A DNA stretch of 64,000 nucleotides. Source: Takakia lepidozioides. Lineage: Eukaryota; Plantae; Bryophyta. The notes under the pieces were generated by a model. It did not search any database and had not been told where the DNA came from. It saw only the letters and a program-made list of their open reading frames with translations. The position numbers were made by a program, and so were the translations under genes. Below are positions 20,575 through 33,600 of the stretch, in pieces. How positions within the stretch are numbered: position 1 is the first letter of the stretch; every line of letters begins with the position of its first letter. Where the stretch lies: the NCBI GenBank assembly GCA_030704615.1, contig CM060734.1:19282001-19346000 (forward strand), in the 5' to 3' direction.

Positions 20575-23488
20575 ATGGCCCAATCGAAGAGGGCAGGCCA
20601 CAGAAGTCGGCACAGGGGATCCTGGACAGAGGAAAGCATGAAGGAAGCAATAAAAGAAGTGAAGAAAGGGGCAGCATCCATAGCTAAAATTGGTGAGAAG
20701 TATGGGATTCCCGAGACTTCAATTCGAGACTGGATGAGCGGGAAAACATCCTCCAAAAAGCGAGGTCCTCGTACCGTCCTGTCAAAGGAGGAAGAAGATT
20801 CCCTAGTTGATTGGTGCTTAGAAATGCAGAGGTCGGGCAATGCGATAACATTCTACATGCTGAGAAGGAAGGTAGCCGACGTCTGTCATGGGAGAGAAAC
20901 ACCCTTTAAGAATGGCGTGCCTGGCAAGAGCTGGATGGATTGGTTCAGGAAGCGCCATCCTAATGTGATGATTGAACCTGCACATGCGCTCAAGGGGAAG
21001 AAGAGGCCCGACACTGAGCGAGATATATTAGGTAATGGACTCGTAATATGTCTCCTGATCGCACTCTAAAATGTACAAGCTATCCCCTTTCTTTAGGGAG
21101 GCAGGACTGGACGTTCTGGCGTTTTAATGGGAATGCATACTCACCTTGTCTGAGTAGGTCACAGCGAGATGGTTTGGATTTCTAATTCTCCTTCTACGGC
21201 AAAGGTAAAGCCCAATTTTGACTACCAAAATTGGGCGTCAGGACGTCAGTAATGTCCATGCAGATTTCAAATTGATTAAGGAGTAAAGACTTCCCTGTAC
21301 AATCTTCCATGGACTCACCATGTACAAGGAGCATGTTATAGATAGAAGAACACGGAAATGGGAGATAGCCAGGTCCATTCTGATTATGCTGGTAGGGCAA
21401 AGAGTCTTCAGTGGTTTTTGGCTCTTAGGTTCAAGTTAGTCAACCTCTTACTCATTTGAATGACAAACATGCTAAAACCCCTTAACCTGGACTCTATGTG
21501 TGAGACCATTAGTACCAGCTACTCTCCTGTCTGTAGATAGGTGGGGTATGCAATGGAGGATACTACAGCCCCTACCCGCCATCCCCTGTAAACGAATGCA
21601 TGACTAGAAGGATGAAGAAGGCAGGTCTGTCTAGTACAGCTTATGTCTGTAGTGGTCTTTGCTTTCCAGCTGTCTGAAAAAAGGTGGGCCTGCTGTTCAT
21701 GTATGTCTCCAGGTCTCCATTGAAGTCATGGGGACAAATGAAAGTAAATACAATATGATATCTGGACATAATGACAGCCTATATAAATGCCTCCAGTTTG
21801 CCCTGGCGGCACCCACAACCGTTCTTAGAGAAAGAGGACAGCTGCCCTATTTGTAAGCACAGCAGATGCCAAATGCATGATCATCTGTTCTTAGGCCACT
21901 CTTTGGAAGTATCAGAGAACTCTGCATATAGCTGAGCAAGTGATGCGATTTGATTTTAGGTGGGAAGAGAGCAAAGACAAGTCCAATTAGAGCACCTGGA
22001 CCAGCAGAGGGCATGATTGAAAGGGGAGAGGAGGCTTCTATGGGGAGAGACTTGTTTGGTGTTGCAGTTAGCGAGCCACCGGATGTGGAGCCTTGTGATC
22101 CGCGTGATATAGTGTCACAGGTGTGTACCAGTACTATTGCAACTTGGGCTTGTGAAACCAACCTCGTGAGAGAAGTGAAATGGGGTCCATGGAATATACT
22201 CTGCGTGTCCAGATTATCACATTCTCATAGTCTGCCTGCAAACAGTATCCGGATAGACATGCTTGGAGCAGTGGTGCTTTCAAGGAAAGAGAACCATGAC
22301 AATCAATATTTGCCATGGCCTTGTCGCTTTGTAATCCCTACCTAGTTTCAAAAGTAGGAATATGCGGGAGGGAAGATGCTACCAATATGCAGGCTGCATT
22401 CTCACACTTCATCTGGATATGTGAAAAGCTAATGCTACAGGAAACCTGTATTGAGGCCCGCATCACGACAACCAGGCGAAGGGAGGGCGTTGGGATGGAG
22501 GAAGGCACACCATTAGCCCCTGGCTATGATCCATGGCAAGGTATTTTCTCCACTTAACACGTTCTTTGATCAGCTCCATACTTTAGATAGAAGTGCCTCA
22601 GCTCAGTTTGGGCCGGTTTAACTCTCGTGTTGTGGTAAGGGAGTGGCGCATTTTGAAGACTTGCTTCATCTGTACTTAATTTTATTTGAACCAAAGTGTA
22701 ACAGCTTTTGTAGAGTTGGTAATCTGCTGGTCAGAGACCATGAGGGATCCCACTTAAGTATTTGTCATATGACTAAAGCTTGACTACAGTGCTTCACAAT
22801 TGTTCTCTAGAGGTGAGTGATGTTTCTCAGGTATTGCTGTTTCTGTCATTCTTGATGTGAAGTAGAGCTCCAATTTATCTTGAATATGTTGAAGTCCGTC
22901 TTAAGTTGCATGTCTTCATTTCATCAGTGTGGATGTTTTTCTTGAAAGGTTCATGTCTGTTTAATGTCCACAGGCCACGAGCACACTGATGGTGGCGGAG
23001 GCATTTCTAAAAGTGACGATAGTGAAAGCTACCCCTCCAGCACTTCAAGTGGGGGCAAAAGGTATACTTCATCATCTCTCTCTCTTCTTGGTCCTGTAAC
23101 TTAAAACAATTATACTGGTTAGGGTGTACTGAAATTCCATGAATCTACTGAGTGAAACCAAATTTCCTTGGCACTGTTTGATATGAACAGGAGAAAGCAA
23201 TGGGTTGAGCTGGCAGAAGGTCTGGCGGGAATTGAGAGGGCAATCAGGGAAAGTGATGACCGCAAGGACCGACGCCTGGATCGGCAGCTGCAGGCGACTG
23301 ACCGCATGGCAGCAGGCTTTATTGGGGCCCTCATGAATGTTGCAGAGTCTATCCGCAGCTTAGGTCCGCGAGGTTTAGTCCCGCCAGGTCTAGGGGCAGG
23401 TCTAGGGGGTCTTGGGGGTTTAGGAGGGAGTTTAGGAGGCGGACTAGGAGGTGGTTTAGGAGGTGGTTTAGGGGGTCACCCTTCCTAG
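20575..23488 (+). CDS. psq-HTH + CENP-B-type HTH DNA-binding protein (pogo/Tigger-derived), exons 20575-21031, 22974-23061, 23191-23488
   Basis: WTEESMKEAI..YGIPETSIRD..LSKEEEDSLVDW..PFKNGVPGKSWMDWFRKRHP; phase-compatible GT-AG junctions lead to a helical, Gly/Leu-rich C-terminus; no DDE domain. Confidence 0.75.
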
Positions 23489-24954
23489 CAAAAAGAGATT
23501 AGGAAGAACCAGCATTTGCAAACAACAATACACCCTAGATAAACAGGGATTGGCATACATGTTGCTTGGTATTGGATTGGGACATGGGATGGAGAGAAGC
23601 AGTTCATCATTTGCAGGGCACAGCACTGCTGAACTAGGCATCACATTGCAGCCATCCTCATAATCCTGAGACTTTTTAATGTTGCTGTATACTACTGGAG
23701 GAAGATGTGTGGATGTTTCCAATTCGAACATGGCCAAGGTGTGTAGCCACAACGGAAGTGGGACAGTGGAAGTCCATATGTGGTCAACTGAACAAAGACA
23801 CATTGATTCGGATTGCATGTATAAAGCTGTTGAACTTTAATAGGTAATTTCAGGATCCTCTGTTGCCCTCTGGGCTGTACTTGGTGCTGTTGCTGTAGAT
23901 TTTGTCAGTGTTTCACATGCACCTGGTGTTCATGTACACCATATGGAGAAGAGCAATCTGAAAAGGAGGTGAGATATCCCAGGTGTCCTTACATTACTGG
24001 ACACATGATGCAATGATTTTTGAAAGTTGATGAACTAACAGTAATGGGGCATGAGTCAATGCTAGGATTGACGCTGAAAGTAGTGCTGACCATGGATATA
24101 AGCATCGCCTGCACTCCATCCAATCAGAAGGATTCGCTTTCGGTTCTGCAAAGCATCTCCACAAATTTGCTGACTATGACAGTCTTGTGTTTTTTTAGTG
24201 TCTTTTCCTTTCTTCATCTTTAGGAAGTCAGAAATTCAAGACCTCCGTAACTTAGGAAAGAATGTGGGAGGATTATAAAGTTGCTATAGGAGTATACCTT
24301 TGTTGATCATTCCCACTCACCTGGGTAAGTTTTACCCATCAACTCTGTCCAGATGCAAGATGAGAATCACCCTTGAACTCCAGCAAACGAGTACAGGCAC
24401 TATCAAAGGTTAGTCACATTCTACATGTTTGGCTAGGCCAGGACAACTGTCTCCACTCCCTGCTAACGTTGGTCTACATACAAAGTGTCTTTGAGATGTT
24501 TATGAACTTGTTCGCATGTTACAAGGGCTTCAGACGATATTGACGGCATATAATCTATTCTAGTCTGTGACCAATGACCAGGGCACTGTTGGAAGAGTGC
24601 AGGTTTGGCCAGGTGCACTTGAGCTTGGTAATGCAAGTGATAACGGAGAGGGATACCAAGGATTGTGTAAGTGCCTGTCAATTCTCCCAGATTTGATGGA
24701 AGGTGTACAGTGAATCACGAATGTGGCGAGGGCGATATTTAAGCAAGAGCTGGAAGGTGACAAGGCCAGGGATTGATCTAGAGCAACTGTCACAGGCCCA
24801 CAATGGGGATCTGTGTGATTGCTCAAAGCAAGGGAATTCAGAGTTTCCAACCGGGTCAAATCAATTCTGTTTCTTACCAGAAATGGTATTGTTTTTTGGG
24901 AAGGAAATGCTCTTTTTCTAGGGAACTTGACTCCAACCTTGACCAAGCACGGCG

Positions 24955-26191
24955 CTACTTCTCCATCATCCTGCATTGCCTCGCCAATTTCTCCCAGGCA
25001 TCCAACAGTCTTCGCTCTTGCAGAAAGTGTCTGAAAGGCCACCATAGCCATCCTCGGATGGCCACTCCTTTTATGACTACTATATAGACCTCCTTTGAAA
25101 CCATCCAAGTTTTGTGCAACAGGCCCAAGCTGTCAACCACACCCTTCATGTGCCCTAAACCCTTTCCCATTGTGCCGACACCACCCCAGTGTAAACTGCC
25201 AATGGGCTGGGGGGCACAAAGTGCATTCTTTGAGAGTTTGTATCCTTTCAACAGTGCGCTCCAACTAAGCAAAATCTCTGGCCCCCCCGCAGCAACCCTC
25301 TTCCCTACCTCCCTAGTCACTTTCACTATCTTCACCCACCCCACCGAGCCTTTTGCCAAAGCCTTGAATTGCTACTTGGCTCTTGCTTCCATGTATCAAC
25401 TGCTCTGCAGTCCCATTGTTCGCACCATCCTGTGTCAGCTTAGTGACTGTGACAAGCCCCTTTGACAGCCTCACTCCCTTCACCACTATCTTCGCTGCTT
25501 TCAAACCCATGACTGCCCCTTCGGCCGCCCCGAGGCCCATCAAAACATCACTTGCAGGTGATCTCAGTCCTTGATAAACCCCTTTTGCCACTTTCACCCC
25601 CTTCACTACAGCACTGGCTACTTTGATGCCTGACACAATTTCTTGTCTGTGCTGCAGCCCCAGAGATAACCCTGCAAGTCCTAGTGTTGAACCTCCCGCA
25701 GACTCCTTTGCTGAATGCTTACTTTCTACCATCCCTGCGGCTTTCCCGGGCTGTGGCCTATCACTCCCTTCATCTGCATCCTCACTGTTGCCTCCTTGCT
25801 GCCCTCTGCCTATCGCTCTGCCATCATTCTTACACCTAATCTCACCTCCTCTGACTTTCCTCTCGCCTTGCGTCCTTGTTGCAAATTGCCCATGGCCAAC
25901 AAGCTTCGAAGTGGATCCCCTTCGAAGCCCTTGCTGAACACTAACATTAGTACTGATTGACTTCACATCTGACCAACCCTCTGACAATCGATGCAAACCG
26001 GGAGAAGCATTGTGGGCGGTATTCAATCCCTTGATAAGAAGGTATGTCAGTTGGAGAGTCTTGAAGAGATCGACTAGAGATGCATTGCTTGGATCGAAAG
26101 CTCTACCATCAGAGGACGAATTTGATGGAGGCAGGGAAGAGAAGAATCTGTAATCGTGAGGCGACGTCCCAAAGGGCCCCATTGTATGCAA
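24955..26191 (-). other. Uncharacterised ORF pair (292 aa plus an overlapping 134 aa in another frame) with G/V/K amphipathic repeats
   Basis: Repeated motifs such as VKGVKVAKG, VKGVRLSKG and LKGYKLSKN in both ORFs; no family recognised. Confidence 0.3.
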
Positions 26192-27616
26192 TCAAAGTGG
26201 AGAATGTATATACGCTCTTCCGAGAGAGAGATATAGAAGAGAAAGCGTGGAATTCCAGATGCCTTGGCAGCCACACGGCCCACAGAATTTGTGGACACAA
26301 TCATGTGGAGTTTGCATTCGACACATTAGCCCTTCAGTTTTTTTCACGCCAGTACTCCATCAGATCGCGCCTTCTGGATTCAGCCCGGTCATCTTCCAAC
26401 GCTTCTGAATTCACTCGAATGATCTGTCATCTGCTATCCAACATCTCGGCTACATCACGACAGTCAAGTAAAGTATAATAACCCTGCCTAGCTTCTCAAG
26501 CTCAAATCCGAACTCTGGGCCACATATTCATGAGTGAACTGCAACCGCTGTGCATGCGAAGTTTAGGTCGAGACAGTCACCCGGCCACAAGAGAGGAGAA
26601 GAGAGAAGGTGTTGAACACCAACGATAAAAAACTCTCCAACAAAACCCACCACCGGTACACCACAGACCCACCACGTTGAAAAACGGCACCCCCACAATT
26701 AAGGAAGGAAGCTGTAAGATTCTTCAGACACAAGAGAGAGATTTGATCCTTGTGATCTCTCTTGTGTCTGTGATCCTGTTTGATTTCCTGCTAATTGAAG
26801 TCTGCCCCTTCAAAGTTTTTATTTCTGCTGCCCAGTAAACGGGGACTTTTGCTTCCGGTCCAGGGCGTACTGACGTACTGACACGCAATCCCTGGGTCCT
26901 CACGCTTCTGCAGGTTTATATGCACGCCGATGCGATCAGAACGATCACAATAGTGTGATGCTGGCAATCTGTGAGTAAGTTGTAGTCCTCTGAATCCAAC
27001 ACTCCCAGCTCGTTTGTCGGTTTATAAGACTTGTGGAGAGCGAGGATAGACAGATTTCCAAGCATTGCTGACCATCATTTGAAAGCGGATCGCAGGCTCA
27101 GTGAGCAGGAGACCTTCGTTGACAAATCTGTGCTGGTCTGTACTTGATACCTTCCGGCTCTTTACGATCAATTGAATTCTGCTCTCATGTGCATCGTCAT
27201 CAGGAAGGATCTCTTTGGTTTCACATTACTCTTAATCATATGATGCTGCCCATGATCGCATTCCTGGACCTAGTGTTGGTGTAGATCATATGCTTGGCAA
27301 GGAGTCTCTTGTGGACAATGCAACTTGGTTTGTGAACTGCCGAAGCCCTTCTACACTTTCATTGCCGTGGGACATAATCTGTCTGAAAGCTGAGCTGAAA
27401 CATCAACCCTTTTTGTATTTCCGCTGGTTTCGTTCTTACCATAACTCTGAAACCTAGCACTTGCCTGAGGGTGTCCACATGTCCTTTTACCAATCTCTTA
27501 AAGTTTGAAAACGTTTTAACTTGTATTGAAGCAAGCAAGTTTTGATTATGGGATAATTGTCCATGCAGAGAAGCGTAACTCCAGCTCTTTGGCACTGATA
27601 CACACTCAGCAGCAAA

Positions 27617-30600
27617 ATGGTGATCAAGTGTATGCCTCCAGTGGATGAGGTGCTACAAGGCAAAGTGGATTATGTACCTTCCAAGATTGTCGGTCTGATA
27701 CTTCTCTTTGATCCTCCTCCCTCAGGGACTAATCTCTTCAGTTTGCCATTCCAGTAGATGTAATAAACTTCTGCTTCTTTTCCTCACCCATCTCTGCATG
27801 TTTGCTTGCTTGAAAATTTTCCAGCAAACTTCTGGATTAACTTGGACTTTGCCAATATTGCAGCTTGGATATGAAAGAGGGTGCATTAGTTTGTTGACTG
27901 GCAAATCATAAACGTTTGTAGTCTTTTTATACTACCTGTTCAATGGTCCATAAGCGATTCAGGAACAACAAACACTTCAAACCCCGTGTAGAATTCTTCC
28001 AGTCAGGTTATCTTAACTGGCACTCGTTTCTGTTTGGCCTCCCTTTTCTGGTATAAACACAAAACAAGAGTTCGACGTAGTTACTGTTTTTGAAAATCTG
28101 TTGATTTGATGCTTTTGTTGGTACTGGTGACAGCACCTGCACTGTCAGGATGGAGACTGAAGACATTTGTTCTTCTTCAAGAAACTTTCATCATTGGTGG
28201 TATCATCAAGTCCAATGTCATGAGAGTGAATCACTTTCCACAGGTTTTAGTTTCACCTCACAGTTCCTTGGTCTTACAAGCATTTCCATGAGAAAGGAAA
28301 ATAGGAACTTCATAACTTCTACAGATGGCCACACGGGCCCATGGGACTGGGTATAACAAACCAAGAACAAAATGTACTGCGTCCACAGGAGGTGCAACAT
28401 GTACATACTGGGTGCATAATTCACTTCCTTCAAACAGGGCAGAGTTACTGTTCAGAAGTATGGAATCATTACTGCTTACACATTATTTCCCTTGTTGTTG
28501 CCAGGTGTTGCGCGACCAACTCATTCCAGATCCTCCCATGTTCTTGCCAGAATACCTGCCCGAAGGTAAGTTGTTGGCCTCTCTGCTGATGAGGACTGGG
28601 TCCGCAGAAATGAGCCCTTGAAGCTGCAAGTCTGTGTTTTGTGTTCAGCTTTAGTACTCCCTGGCAAAGGATTGTGATGAAGGCGTGGTATAAGGGTCTA
28701 CTTATGGTTATGGTGCAATTGGACAGAAACACCCGAAGCTTCTGTGAGACAGTTGGATGTAGGCAGCAACCCCGAAGATCGAGTTGCTGCTGCTGTTGAA
28801 TGTCTGCCACCTCTTTCAACATCATCGTGCCTTCAAGATGGATCGGATTTTCCCATTCAGTATTGGAAAGTACGGGACTATGCTGAGGCCTATAGGACTG
28901 GACGCACCACACCAACTGAGGTGAGTGTTGTTGAGACCTTATGCTACAAGGGTGGCAAAGAGTGTGGAGTCAAAAGGACTCTTGTCGAAGCAAGCGTAAC
29001 TTATGGTGTCGCTTCACCCTGAAGGGCTACTACCTTCTGTTTGGAAGGTGGGAACCCGGAACCGGGGCAACAGGGTTGCCCAACCCTCCCCAAAGGACTC
29101 GAATGTCCCCAAGTACCCACACATTACGAAACCGGTTGACCCAGTTATCCCCCTTTTATAGCTGGGTTGACCATAATGGGTGACATCCCAGATACACCTA
29201 TGTGGCTTTGAACCCATGACCACTTGTAAGGGGGCCTTGTGCCCTAATTACTGGGCCATCTGTTGGATGCTGAGTCAAAAAGTCAGTAATAAAGTGGGCA
29301 CATGCCTGTGAGCAAGACCTGCTTCAGTAAAAAAATCCCACTTAAGTTATTTCTATGTTACTCAGCAATTTTATTGCTGCAGTAGAGTAGTCAGTCACCG
29401 CGCAGAGTCAAAATGACTACTACGTTGGGCCAATGCCTGCACTTAAGCTGCCTTCAGCCATCCATTCCAAATACGTGTAAGTTCTTTCCAGGTGGCTGAG
29501 CGATTTATTGCTGCAGTAGAGGAGTCACAGAAGAAGAATCCTCCCATGAACTTCTTCATCTCCTTTATTGCTGATGATGTGCGCAAGCAAGCTGCTGCAT
29601 CTACCCGACGCTATGCAGAAGGTATTTCATTGTGTATCAACCTGGCCATCATGTAGATTACGTTTTGTTCTCCATAGGTGGAAGGGGGTTGGGAGAGAAT
29701 GGAATGAAATGGTACTTTATAAAATTTATTACATCCACAGGAAACAATAGGGGGTGACTGCAGATTGGGAGCTGAGAAAAATTTGGGCACATGGACACAA
29801 TGCCAATGTCTAACATGAATTCTGCCCCTTCTGTACGCAGGAAGAAGACTGTCAGTATTGGATGGCGTTCCACTTGCTGTGAAGGATGATATAGACTGCG
29901 TTCCTCATCCAAGCACTGGTACTAAGCTACTACTATCTGAATTGATGGGTTTTCCTCAACTTTCAAAGGGTATTTTGTTTGATGCAAGGTAAGATTTGTG
30001 TCATGGCTTTGTATCTTCACTGAGTTTCTTCTGTACTTCAGGACATGGAGAAAGACTGACATTTCTTCACAGAAAAGTATATGCAAAGTTATGGTTTATG
30101 TCTGATTGCGTCCTATGTGATTGCATTTGCTTCAGCTGGAACAAAATGGATGGCCAAAGTGAGAGAAGTGACAGAAGATGCTGTTTGCGTGGCAAGGCTA
30201 AGACGTTGTGGGATGATAATGGTGGGTAAAGCCAACATGCATGAGCTTGGCATGGGGACCACTGGTAACAACCCCTTACACGGGTACTTCCCTCCCTATG
30301 TCCGCTTCTACCTTTTTTTTTGTCCCTCATCTGCACAGGTCCAGCCTCTCCCTTTCTATCATCCTCCTGTCAGAGGTGCTCTAAAAAAGAACTGCAAGAG
30401 ATTTAACCAGAGTTGGATGGTGAACATTTTGGGTCATCATGGAACAGGACACCTAGAAACCCTCATGATGTCAAGCGATATACTGGCGGCTCATCTTCAG
30501 GCTCGGCAGCTCTTGTCTCATCAGGGATGTGCCCAGCAGCTCTTGGTACTGATGTTGGAGGTGTGTAGCAGTGACTCAGAGCATATTTATTTTGCTTGGA

Positions 30601-33600
30601 GTCTGTACATTTTGGAGGGGCTTTCTTGCACCTTCTTCAGCCAGATGAAACAAACTTTCTTGAAGATTAAAAGCAACATGTAAGCAATCTCATCGTTGGC
30701 AGTTGAAGTATTTAGGAGGAAAAATCAAGCTAATGCTGGCTCAGCATGTGTGGCATTCACGTATAACAGAACCAGCTTTGGTTTCTGATTATGTCCTTCT
30801 TTCTATTGGGTGCACCTCTCCCGAGTTTCATAATTGAGTATAGTTGGTGTTGGTATGATTACAGGGTCAATCAGAATTCCTTCATCCTTATGTGGTATTG
30901 TGGGCCTCAAACCTACTTTTGGCAGAACGAGTAATGAGGGGTATGTCCACCCATCTTCATGTGTTTCAATTTTACTTATTTGAGACAAAGATCTAAGTTG
31001 CTCTGTGTGCGCCCTGTTTATTCCAATGTAAGTCTTACTGCGGATCTGTAGCCCTCCTTCCAATACAGAACCTACCTTTGTCAGGGGCTAACGCCGGCAG
31101 TAAGACTTACATTGGAATAAACAATTGATCCGGGTTTTCCAGAGATCCTCTAGAAATCCCTTCACACAAGCATCAATCTGCTGTGTGTGGTTTGCCCAAT
31201 AACTAGGCCCCAAAAGGGCCTGGGCTTTTGGCTCAGCCTCGAGACTTCCAAAGTTGGTAAACAGAGGTACAGGCACAATTCCCTTGAGAGATTTGAGGAG
31301 AGTGTCTCTCTGGTGAGAGAACCCCGGACAATGAATCAGAAAATGAATATTGTCTTCAGGTTGCCCACACAACGGGCAACTGCACTCTCCCTTTCCTCTC
31401 TGCTTCTGTTTGCTGTTCAAAGGTAGGCTTCCCGCCCCAAGTTTAAATTTCAGTCTAGTGCCGAGAGTGGGTAGACCTTTGTGATGTCAAAAGAATGTGC
31501 CCATAAGATGTTTGCTGTCGCCTTGTGGCCATAGACCCCACACCCAGTTTGGGTGGAACAAGAGGGAACTGTGATGTGAAAAGAAAGGGGAAGTTGGGAA
31601 GGTTATAGACAGGCCATGCTTCTATGAAAACTTTGTTGGTATCACTGAGGTGATTCCACTGGAAAGCTGTTTTGTTTCATCTAAATTTGACGTTTTGTCT
31701 CATCTGAATTACAGGTTGGCAGCTGTTGGTTGGAGTATGGAGTCCTGTGGTCCCCTCGCAGCTACCACAGAAGATGCAATGCTTGTGTAAGTAAAGTATG
31801 CAGAAGAAAGGCATAGAAGGATAATACAAAGTGCCGAAGCGGGGATGGGTGGACAGGGAAGGAGAGAATGTACTCATAGGACGTAGCCTTCTGGCCATAG
31901 ACCCCGCGCCCGGTTGAGGTGGAACAAAAGGGACCTTAAACTACTTTTGTGAGGGGCTTACTCTGGTAGTGTGACTTACCTTGGTATAGACAATTAGTTC
32001 GGGCTTTCCAGATATCCTCTAGAAAGCCCTTCACACAAGCATCAATCTGCTATGTGTGAGCAGCCCACAAGCTAGACCTCAACAGGGCCAGAGCTTTGTG
32101 CTCAGCCTACAGGGAAGGAGAGAATGTACTCATAAGACGTTGTTTGCCGTAGCCTTGTGGCCATTGCAGGGAAGGAGAGAGAGCGAGAGAGAGATATGTT
32201 GCTCATTTCACCAAATTGTTGGTGTGGTGTAGATATGCGGCAATGCTAGGCACACATCCTAACGATGTGCTGTACTCTCACCCCGTAAATACCTCTTTCA
32301 CCTCACCTTCCTTTTGAATTTTGTGTTAATCTTCAGTATCTCTGGTTGATTGTTTGAAAAAAATTTAGATTCCATCAAAAGTCAGAGACATTTGAGTTGT
32401 CTATCCTCCTCTTGCTGTTGTCTTCACATGCTGATTTCATCTAGGCCATGGTTTATTTGCAGTTTTTGGTAAGGTGTATGACAATTCCGTGGGTATGGCT
32501 GCAGCTGATGCCTCGTGTACCCCTGTTGAATGAGAACCCACAACCTCATTTGGGCACTCTAAAGCTTGGCAAATACTCCCCTGTAAGGGTTCTTCACTCT
32601 TTCGTGGGGTGAAACCTAATCCACCAACCCCCACACTTCTCTTCCTTCACTTTCTCCTAAAATCCTTTTCTAACTATATTTTTAGGCTACGGCAAACACT
32701 GCATTTTATGGCAAATATGGCAATTTATTGGTGCAGGAAACAACGTCTTATGAGTACATTCTAACCATATTTTGTGGCCTGGCAGTGGTATGATTATGTA
32801 ATGAATCATGAAGTGGCCGAAATCTGCAACAAGAGTTTGGAGCTTCTTCTTGAGAAATACGGTACTGAGGTATGCAACAAGGTGTACTTGTTCCTGCTCA
32901 GGAATGGCACACACATAGTCTACATCAGCTACTGGGCTCAGGGGACATTTATGTGATTGACAACTTCGTAGGCTTGGCATTGGGGACCAAGCAGCAATTT
33001 GTTCTCTGTGTCAGTTCCATTCCTGCAGCCCTGGAACTTGTGGCTTAAATCTTTGAAAAAGCTTTCAACAACTATGCTTTCTCTGATTGTCTCTAAAGAC
33101 ATATAATGTGATGTGTGCACCGTTATATGCAGACCAAGGAGATCTTGTTACCTGAGATGGAAGAGATGAGAATTGGGCATATTGCCACAGTCGGCTCTGA
33201 GTATGCGGCTGGCTTGCAAGCATATGACCATTCAATGTGAGCTGTCTTAACCTGTCACAGTCAATAGCATTCTTCAGCTTTTCACTTATTTTAGGCATTC
33301 AATGACTTAAAACGGGACTTTGCCAGACACATCAAATGCTTTGTGACCAGACGAAATGTGGTTAGGAGCTGTGGCACTATGAATGTGTTACATAATTTCT
33401 CTTTAATAGTAGCATGAATTGCATACCTTGTGCTATGTGAAGTAGATATAGGATCTGAATGTCTTTGCTGCTCACTACAAATTTGTGAGACTATGCAGAG
33501 TGAAGGCGATGTGCCATGAAAGTCAAGGCACGCTGTCTTTTTTCAAGACAATAACGGCTGGCGACTTCCTCTCTGCACAACGCCTTAGGTTTGTTGTTCA

